Below are positions 57,557 to 64,000 of a stretch of DNA of 64,000 nt, in pieces. Positions within the stretch are counted from its first letter, which is position 1, and every line of letters begins with the position of its first letter. The notes beneath the pieces are model-generated. The model was not told where the DNA came from and searched no databases. It worked only from the letters and a program-made list of their open reading frames with translations. The DNA is from Chlorobiota bacterium. GTDB lineage: Bacteria > Bacteroidota > Ignavibacteria > Kapaibacteriales > UBA2268. The DNA lies in the NCBI GenBank assembly GCA_041596515.1, contig JBFHIJ010000012.1:13078-77077 (forward strand). The letters run 5' to 3'. A program made the position numbers and the translations under genes.

Positions 57557-58396
57557 ATGCAGATAATGGCAGAAACGATTTTAAAGATAGAAAATTTAAA
57601 TAAATATTATGGCGCTGAGCATATTCTAAAAGACATCGATTTGGAAGTCAAATCCGGAGAATTTGTCTTTATTATAGGTAGGTCAGGGTGTGGTAAAACT
57701 ACCTTGTTACGCACTATTAGCGCTTTGGAGTTTGCAGATTACGGCAAGATAGAAATTGCAGGTAATGTACTGGAAATTAGGAATTCTAAAGGTGTAGTTG
57801 AATATGTTAAAAATGACAAAGAAAAATCAAATAATATTCGTGCATATACAAAAGCTAACAAACAGCTATTTGATACAGACGCAGTACAGCTGAGAAATAG
57901 AGTGGGAATGCTGTTTCAAAACTTGAACCTTTTTCCACATAAAACTGTCTTAAATAATGTAGCGTTACCTTTAGAAGTTGTTAAAAACGAACAAAAGGAT
58001 GAGGCGCGGAAGCAAGCTGTGGAGATGCTGAGCAAAGTAGGTATGGATGACTATCTTGACAAATATCCATCTATGATTTCAGGAGGCCAGGCTCAACGTG
58101 TTGCAGTTGCAAGAGCTTTGGCAATGAATCCCGATATTATGCTCTATGATGAACCTACGTCGGCTTTAGATCCGGAAACAAGCTTTGAAGTTTTTAGCGT
58201 AATGAAAAAGCTACATCAAGAGGGAATGACACAAATAGTTGTTTCACATGATTTAAACTTTGCAAGAGACTATGCCACTAAAGTAATTTACATGGATATG
58301 GGACAAATTGTAGAGCAAGGGCAACCAAGAGATATATTTGACAGGCCTACTGATATCCGAACAGATAGATTTTTAAAAACTATTAGACTTGATTAG
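57557..58396 (+). CDS. Polar amino-acid ABC transporter ATP-binding protein
   Basis: Walker A GRSGCGKTT, Q-loop MLFQNLNLFPHKTV, signature ISGGQAQRVAVARAL, Walker B MLYDEPTSALD, H-loop VSHD. It carries an insertion of about 30 aa after the Walker A region. The start could instead be the ATG at 57566. Confidence 0.85.
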   Translation: MQIMAETILKIENLNKYYGAEHILKDIDLEVKSGEFVFIIGRSGCGKTTLLRTISALEFADYGKIEIAGNVLEIRNSKGVVEYVKNDKEKSNNIRAYTKANKQLFDTDAVQLRNRVGMLFQNLNLFPHKTVLNNVALPLEVVKNEQKDEARKQAVEMLSKVGMDDYLDKYPSMISGGQAQRVAVARALAMNPDIMLYDEPTSALDPETSFEVFSVMKKLHQEGMTQIVVSHDLNFARDYATKVIYMDMGQIVEQGQPRDIFDRPTDIRTDRFLKTIRLD

Positions 58397-59909
58397 TATG
58401 AAACAAATAGCTACTCTATTTATTCTTATTTTGTGTTTAACTACGAGCCAATCCAAAGAGATAATAGATAAACTGATATGGGCTGCAGATGCAGAAGGGA
58501 ATGCTCCTTATATTTTCCAAGACCCAAATTCTCCGGATAAATTAATAGGGTTTGAAAAAGATTTTGCAGAATCACTAGCAAAAGAAATGGGACTTACTGC
58601 TAAGTTTTTTCAAAATCAGTGGGATGGTCTCATTCCTGGGCTAAATAGAGAAGATTACCATATCGCTATTAATGGCTTGGAAGTTACCAAAGAGAGAAGA
58701 GAAAAAGTGCTTTTTTCTACTCCATATTATTATACTTCAGAGCAAATAGTAGTAAACAATAACACAGAAGAATATAAATCACTAAAAGACTTAAAAGGTA
58801 AAAACGTAGGATGTCTTAAGTTTTCATTGGCAGAAAATATATTAGAGGGGCACGGTGGGATAAATGTCAGATCCTACGAGGGTGAAGCAAATGCTTTTGC
58901 AGATTTGAAGAATGACAGACTTGATGCAGTACTTGTAGATGAGCCGATTGCAATCTATCAGGCATCTTGGAACCCTGAATTCAAACTCACCGGTGAGCCG
59001 GTAGGCAGAGTCGTATATGCTTGTGCAATGCGTTTGGAAGACACTTTGATGCTTAACAAAGTCAATTTAGCTATAGAATCAATGATAAAAAATAAGACAC
59101 TCAAAGATGTCTTGTGTGAGTGGAATTTATGGAATACAGCTACAGCCGAAGAGCTAAATGACTATGGAGATTGCGATGTATACGCCTCTAAATATCATGA
59201 ATTTGTAGCCACCCAAAAAGAAGAAATGACATTTCTACGAATAGTAGAAAGATATATGGGGTTCATGCCGGAATTAGGTGCAGCTGCGCTTATGACCTTA
59301 CAGCTGTCAGTAATGTCTATGATATTAGCAATTGTATTAGGTCTTTTCATAGTAGTAACGAAGGTGTATGCACCTCAACCTTTTTCAGGAGTTGCAAACG
59401 CTTACATTGAAGTGGTGAGAGGCACACCTTTACTAATACAGCTGTATTTAATTTTTTACGGCTTACCAAATTTAGGAATCAAATTGAACCCAATAGTAGC
59501 TGCTGTAATTACATTAGCCATTAATTATTCAGCCTATGAAGCTGAGAATTTTAGAGCAGGGCTAAATTCTGTAGCCAAAGGACAGTTCGAAGCAGCCATA
59601 TCTTTGGGAATGAATAGAGCACAGGCACTGAGGCACGTAATATTGCCACAGGCAGGTAGGTTAGTGATACCACCGGTTACCAATGACTTTATCTCGCTAC
59701 TAAAAGATAGTTCTCTTGTTTCAGTTATCACATTAGTTGAATTGACAAAAAAATATCTCCAATTAGCATCTGCATATTACGATTTTATTGGTATAGGTAT
59801 AATTGTTGCAATATTTTATTTGATATTAGGCTTGCCATTCGTAAAGATATCCAAGTATGCTGAAAAAAAATTAAATATATATGTAAATAATAGCAATAAT
59901 ATCAAATAA
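58389..59909 (+). CDS. Fused amino-acid ABC transporter substrate-binding protein / permease
   Basis: The N-terminal half is a family-3 solute-binding domain (AADAEGNAPYIFQD...GFEKDFAESLAKEMG...WDGLIPGLNREDYHIAINGLEVT). The C-terminal half is a His/Glu/Gln/Arg-type permease (VVRGTPLLIQLYLIFYG...YEAENFRAGLNSVAKGQFEAAISLGM). Confidence 0.85.
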   Translation: MISMKQIATLFILILCLTTSQSKEIIDKLIWAADAEGNAPYIFQDPNSPDKLIGFEKDFAESLAKEMGLTAKFFQNQWDGLIPGLNREDYHIAINGLEVTKERREKVLFSTPYYYTSEQIVVNNNTEEYKSLKDLKGKNVGCLKFSLAENILEGHGGINVRSYEGEANAFADLKNDRLDAVLVDEPIAIYQASWNPEFKLTGEPVGRVVYACAMRLEDTLMLNKVNLAIESMIKNKTLKDVLCEWNLWNTATAEELNDYGDCDVYASKYHEFVATQKEEMTFLRIVERYMGFMPELGAAALMTLQLSVMSMILAIVLGLFIVVTKVYAPQPFSGVANAYIEVVRGTPLLIQLYLIFYGLPNLGIKLNPIVAAVITLAINYSAYEAENFRAGLNSVAKGQFEAAISLGMNRAQALRHVILPQAGRLVIPPVTNDFISLLKDSSLVSVITLVELTKKYLQLASAYYDFIGIGIIVAIFYLILGLPFVKISKYAEKKLNIYVNNSNNIK

Positions 59910-59930
59910 GATTTCTTTTTACCCTAAAAA

Positions 59931-61325
59931 TTGCGTTTATTTGCTATTATAAATTTAAAAAACAGTGGTTTTTCTGTGCGTATAAAAGTTTCCATATTTC
60001 TTATACTAAGTTTTATATTGTTTTTTTTTGAAGGATTGCAGGAGCTTGAAGCAAAACAAGGTCCAAGGCTGTTACGTCAAAGAAAAGCTTTTACAACTTT
60101 TAAGGAAGCTTTAGCTCAATCTGAGAAGCTTGAAAGGCTGTCCCTCAATGGCTGGAATTTAAATGAAATTCCTCGCAATATAAGTCTGTTTTCAAAGCTC
60201 AGATTTCTTGATTTGAGTAATAATAGTTTAACGGATTTACCCCATGAATTGTCTCAGCTTAAAGAGTTGGAAACGTTAATAATATCAGGTAATGATTTGC
60301 AAGAAATCCCTGATGCTGTGCTTGGTTTGCCAAAACTAAAGCAGTTGATTATATCCGAAAACAAAGTATACTATTTACCTGAAAATATTATTAAGTTGCA
60401 AACTTTAGAGCAATTCGATATATCTAAAAATAAAATTACCAATCTCCCTGAAAAATTTGGCTTATTGAAAAATTTGCAACATCTAGATTTGTCAGAAAAT
60501 GAAATAGTTTTATTTCCCCCTCAGTTATTCAAACTACGTGGTTTAATAACTCTTAATCTAAGCAAGAATAAACTGTATGAATTGCCATATAAAATTTCAA
60601 TTTTCCAAAATTTAGAATCTCTAAATCTATCTTCTAATACATTATCTTCTCTGCCAAAACAAATCGGAAGTTTGTCTAATCTGAGAGAGTTGGATGTTTC
60701 TAATTGCGGTTTACATAAGCTTCCAAACGAGGTTTGTAATTTAGCTCAATTAGAAAAATTATATATTGGATTCAACACTATATCGAAACTACCTGATAAT
60801 TTTTCTAATCTGAATATGCTTAGGAAGATTGATTTGTCGGGGAATCGAGCCGGTTATTTTCCAAGACAACTAACAGAGATGATTAATCTCAAAACTCTTA
60901 TTATGAATAGTTGTAACGTAAGAGCGTTACCAACCGAGATTATAAACATGCAGTCATTAGAATATATGACTTTACATGATAACCGATTAAACGCTTTTCC
61001 CTTGCCGATATGTTCACTAAAGTCTCTTCGGATTTTAGATATTTCCAATAATAATATAAAAAATATACCTGATGAAATTGGGAATGCTAAAAGTCTGTAT
61101 TCTTTGAATATTTCATATAATAAATTGACCACTTTACCTACTTCAATGAATAAATTGGAAAAATTGACTATAATTCTTGCAGTATATAACAAAATTGAAA
61201 AACTGCCTATAGATTTTACTAACTTTCCAAGCCTAAAAAGTCTCTTTCTTGCAGACAATCCCATAGCTGATGAAGAAAGGAGTAAAATTAAACAGCAATT
61301 ACCTACCACACGCATTACTTTCTAA
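59931..61325 (+). CDS. Leucine-rich repeat protein (17 x 23-residue LRRs) with an N-terminal hydrophobic anchor
   Basis: Repeats fit LxxLxLxxNxLxxLPxxIxxLxx with exact 23-aa periodicity, running from LERLSLNGWNLNEIPRNISLFSK to LKSLFLADNPI. The N-terminal segment VSIFLILSFILFFF is hydrophobic. The start is uncertain: TTG at 59931 or GTG at 59976. Confidence 0.85.
   Translation: MRLFAIINLKNSGFSVRIKVSIFLILSFILFFFEGLQELEAKQGPRLLRQRKAFTTFKEALAQSEKLERLSLNGWNLNEIPRNISLFSKLRFLDLSNNSLTDLPHELSQLKELETLIISGNDLQEIPDAVLGLPKLKQLIISENKVYYLPENIIKLQTLEQFDISKNKITNLPEKFGLLKNLQHLDLSENEIVLFPPQLFKLRGLITLNLSKNKLYELPYKISIFQNLESLNLSSNTLSSLPKQIGSLSNLRELDVSNCGLHKLPNEVCNLAQLEKLYIGFNTISKLPDNFSNLNMLRKIDLSGNRAGYFPRQLTEMINLKTLIMNSCNVRALPTEIINMQSLEYMTLHDNRLNAFPLPICSLKSLRILDISNNNIKNIPDEIGNAKSLYSLNISYNKLTTLPTSMNKLEKLTIILAVYNKIEKLPIDFTNFPSLKSLFLADNPIADEERSKIKQQLPTTRITF
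60129..61301 (+). repeat. 69-bp-periodic coding repeats (17 LRR units) inside the LRR gene
   Basis: Exact 23-codon periodicity is visible in the translation. The units are diverged at the nucleotide level, so this is not a recent tandem duplication. Confidence 0.8.
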
Positions 61326-61380
61326 ATTCTTTGGCATATATTATGATAGATATTGTCAAAGGAAATAATTGGAGTTATAG

Positions 61381-63483
61381 ATGAATTCTACAAAAAAAGC
61401 TACTATAGATTTATATGCACCGGAGTATTTTTTTAACCGGGAATTGAGTCTTATTGATTTTAATAAACGTGTCTTGATGGAAGCAGATGATAAATCGCAT
61501 CCATTATTGGAAAGGTTAAAATTCTGCTGCATTTTGAGTTCTAATCTAGATGAGTTTTTTATGATTCGGGTTGCGGGGCTTAAAGGGCAAATCGCATCAG
61601 AAGTAGTAGAGCTGTCTTACGATGGCAAAACACCAAAAGAGCAGTTAGTAGAAGTAAGAAAGCAACTGGTTCCAATTTACGAAAAGCATAGCAACATACT
61701 AAATAATCAAATAATGCCTTCGCTGGAAAAGCAGGGAATTAAGATACATAACTTTAGAGATTTAACAGCTATTGAAAAGGTAGAGCTTGAGCAGTATTTT
61801 ATTAATTCTGTTTTACCTATTTTAACACCTTTGACTTTAGGGCCGGCGAATCCTTTTCCAAGACTAATAAACCGAAGTTTAAATGTCGCTTTTGTCCTTC
61901 AAGACAAGACAAAAATTACTGAAGATAGAATAGCATTTGTTCAGTTACCTTCTATTTTGCCTCGTTTTGTAAAGTTAGAAAGGAAAAGCGGACATAACTA
62001 TGTGCTTGTGGAACAGCTAATCAAAGAGTTTGCGAACATTTTATTTCCCGGCTTAGATGTAAAAACTGCCAATACATTTAGAGTTACAAGAGATGCTGAT
62101 ATAGAAATAGCAGAAGATGAGGCTGAAGATTTACTTTCAGAAATAGCAGAGCAAATAAAAAAACGCAGATGGGGAAGAGCAGCGGTCAGACTGGAAGTTA
62201 GTTCTAAAATGCCCGAATTTTTGGTAGAACTTCTTACTGAATTTTTAGATTTAGATCCGATAGATGTATATGTACATGATAGGCCTCTCAATTTGCCGGA
62301 CTTTATGGAATTCCTAAAGTTAGAGGTGCGTGATTTAAAGGACAAACCATTTGCTCCCAGGAATATAGCCGAATTTGATGGCAGAAATAATAATATATTT
62401 GATGCAATCAAACAGCAGGATTTGCTGGTGCATCATCCTTATGATTCTTTTGCTTCTTCTACACTCAAGTTTATTACTCAGGCTGTTAGCGACCCTAATG
62501 TTCTTGCAATTAAAATAACGATGTACCGCACAGGACAAAATTCTCCTATAGTTGCAGCATTAAAGAAAGCTGCTGAAGACGGAAAATCAGTAACAGCATT
62601 TGTAGAACTCAAAGCCAGATTTGACGAAGAGAAAAATATTTCTTGGGCAAAAGAATTAGAGAATCATGGAGTTCACGTTGTGTATGGTGTGCTTGGTTTG
62701 AAAACGCACTGTAAAATTTGTAGTGTAGTCAGGAAAGAAAATGAGCAACTAAGAACTTATTTGCACCTCTCGACTGGTAACTATAATCAATCTACATCCA
62801 GATTATATACAGACTTAGGATTTTTTACAGCTAATCAGGATTTTGGTACAGATGCAATTCATCTTTTCAATATACTAACTGGTTATTCGCATTTCAGTGA
62901 CTGGAAAGAATTTATTGTTGCACCTTCTACTATGTATAAAAGAACATTAGAGCTAATAGAAAGAGAAATTGAGCTTTCGACTCCTGAAAATCCTGGAATG
63001 ATATTTGCAAAAATGAATCAACTGGCACATAGAGATGTAATTCCAGCACTTTACAAAGCTTCACAAGCAGGTGTAAAAATTAAATTATTAGTTCGAGGAT
63101 TGTGCTGCTTGCGTCCCGGGATAGTTGGAATAAGTGAGAACATAGAAGTTAGAAGTATAATTGGTAGATTCTTAGAGCATAGCAGGATTTTTTATTTTAA
63201 AAATGGTGGCAATGAAGAATACTATCTCAGCAGCGCAGACTGGATGTCCAGAAACTTTCATAAGAGGATGGAGCTTATGTTCCCAATCTATGATAAACGC
63301 CTGAGGGAACGAATTTGGGATGCTTTAAATATTTACTGGGCAGATAATAAAAAGTCTTGGAAACTAACAGGCACAGGCGAATATGTAAAAATTAAACCTA
63401 AGAATCCGGAAGCAGAGTTCAGCTCGCAAGACTATTTCTTAGACGAATTGAAACTACTTAGAAATTCAGATATGCTTATATAA
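61381..63483 (+). CDS. ppk1: Polyphosphate kinase 1
   Basis: YFFNRELSLIDFNKRVLMEA N-terminus, phospho-histidine context GLKTHCKICSVVRKE, and the C-terminal PLD-like repeat GRFLEHSRIFYF. 700 aa. Confidence 0.92.
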   Translation: MNSTKKATIDLYAPEYFFNRELSLIDFNKRVLMEADDKSHPLLERLKFCCILSSNLDEFFMIRVAGLKGQIASEVVELSYDGKTPKEQLVEVRKQLVPIYEKHSNILNNQIMPSLEKQGIKIHNFRDLTAIEKVELEQYFINSVLPILTPLTLGPANPFPRLINRSLNVAFVLQDKTKITEDRIAFVQLPSILPRFVKLERKSGHNYVLVEQLIKEFANILFPGLDVKTANTFRVTRDADIEIAEDEAEDLLSEIAEQIKKRRWGRAAVRLEVSSKMPEFLVELLTEFLDLDPIDVYVHDRPLNLPDFMEFLKLEVRDLKDKPFAPRNIAEFDGRNNNIFDAIKQQDLLVHHPYDSFASSTLKFITQAVSDPNVLAIKITMYRTGQNSPIVAALKKAAEDGKSVTAFVELKARFDEEKNISWAKELENHGVHVVYGVLGLKTHCKICSVVRKENEQLRTYLHLSTGNYNQSTSRLYTDLGFFTANQDFGTDAIHLFNILTGYSHFSDWKEFIVAPSTMYKRTLELIEREIELSTPENPGMIFAKMNQLAHRDVIPALYKASQAGVKIKLLVRGLCCLRPGIVGISENIEVRSIIGRFLEHSRIFYFKNGGNEEYYLSSADWMSRNFHKRMELMFPIYDKRLRERIWDALNIYWADNKKSWKLTGTGEYVKIKPKNPEAEFSSQDYFLDELKLLRNSDMLI

Positions 63484-63486
63484 AAA

Positions 63487-63523
63487 ACAAGGGACTTTCA
63501 TTATAGGAAGTCCCTTGTTTTTA
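63487..63523. terminator. Bidirectional terminator between convergent ppk1 and rpoZ
   Basis: Perfect 11-bp stem ACAAGGGACTT / AAGTCCCTTGT. It is flanked by an A-run upstream and a T-run downstream. Confidence 0.85.
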
Positions 63524-63537
63524 TAACTTATTTTGTC

Positions 63538-63837
63538 TTATTCAGCATCTTTTTCAGGAAGATAGAACGTCAATTTACCGTCTTCTATTTCTTTCATCGC
63601 CAGGAAAGTAGGTTTAGGGTATCTATCAAATTCTTTACTGATACTAATCTGATCATAGTTTGGATCGTTATCATCACCCGTTGTGAGGACATCAGACATT
63701 CTGAACTTTATTTCGTTTTTGATATCGTCGTTAATTTGTCTGGATCTGAAGCCCATAGCGACTATGGATTGATAAATTGAACCTTTATTAGATTCATGCA
63801 TTCTAACTTCAATTGGATTGACAATATATTTTGCCAT
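63538..63837 (-). CDS. rpoZ: Probable DNA-directed RNA polymerase subunit omega
   Basis: SIYQSIVAMGFRSRQIN (the omega core helix) plus YPKPTFLAMKEIEDGKLTFYLP. This resembles the extended omega of FCB-group bacteria as I recall it. 99 aa, with GAGAGGA upstream of the ATG. Confidence 0.6.
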   Translation of the reverse strand: MAKYIVNPIEVRMHESNKGSIYQSIVAMGFRSRQINDDIKNEIKFRMSDVLTTGDDNDPNYDQISISKEFDRYPKPTFLAMKEIEDGKLTFYLPEKDAE

Positions 63838-64000
63838 GCTAGCGTCCTCTCAATTCATATGTATAATGATTCGAATCAGCAATATACGCATAATTTGGCT
63901 AACCGACAAATGAAAATATTTCGTTTAATATTTTTTAGTTTCGTGGTAAATATTTATATTTAATCTTAGCTTACTAACGATTTCTATCAAACTTATCCAA

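Noticed and set aside
1-64000. A search by eye for CRISPR arrays, IS elements and inverted terminal repeats, integrases, prophage genes, toxin-antitoxin pairs, restriction-modification genes or other defence genes, and rRNA/tRNA genes.
   Set aside because: None were found. All long ORFs are accounted for by housekeeping, signalling, transport or secreted-protein functions. No regularly spaced direct repeats were seen in any spacer. The search was visual only and could miss short or degenerate elements.

Overview
All calls come from reading the sequence and the ORF translations; no database search, HMM, RNA covariance model or genome-wide skew analysis was run.

The window is AT-rich, densely coding bacterial chromosome. 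Many genes have Shine-Dalgarno-like GGAG/AAGGAG motifs. Two very large secreted proteins end in Por/T9SS-type C-terminal sorting domains. Together these suggest a member of the Fibrobacteres-Chlorobi-Bacteroidetes group, possibly Ignavibacteria-like; that placement is inference only.

I found no rRNA, tRNA, CRISPR array, transposase, integrase, phage gene or recognisable defence gene.

The housekeeping backbone includes ruvC, fetAB, fbaB, an ileS / DksA-like / lspA / rluD cluster, speB, ppk1 and rpoZ.

The less ordinary content is:
- A very high density of sensor histidine kinases (six in 64 kb). This includes a tightly packed five-gene operon at 4866-12587: a Cache-PAS-GAF kinase, a YfiR-like periplasmic protein, a HAMP-PAS kinase, a stand-alone receiver and a receiver-PAS-kinase. 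No DNA-binding or enzymatic output domain occurs anywhere in the window.
- Two tandem paralogous periplasmic TPR proteins that end right after a C-terminal membrane anchor, like sensor modules without an output.
- A secreted M16 peptidase pair.
- A 1872-aa C25 (gingipain-like) peptidase and a 1101-aa vWA/multi-Ig protein, both carrying T9SS sorting domains.
- A protein made of 17 exact 23-residue leucine-rich repeats.
- A DksA/TraR-like protein with an N-terminal AT-hook.
- A cluster of three direct DnaA-box-like 9-mers in an AT-rich divergent intergenic region.
- A roughly 330-bp hairpin-rich, ORF-poor convergent spacer that is noticeably more GC-rich than the other two spacers I counted by hand.

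I do not see a convincing self-contained novel system such as a defence island or mobile element. The best candidates for follow-up are the multi-kinase/YfiR-like operon with the orphan TPR sensors, the DnaA-box cluster, and the unexplained spacer at about 56.1-56.4 kb.
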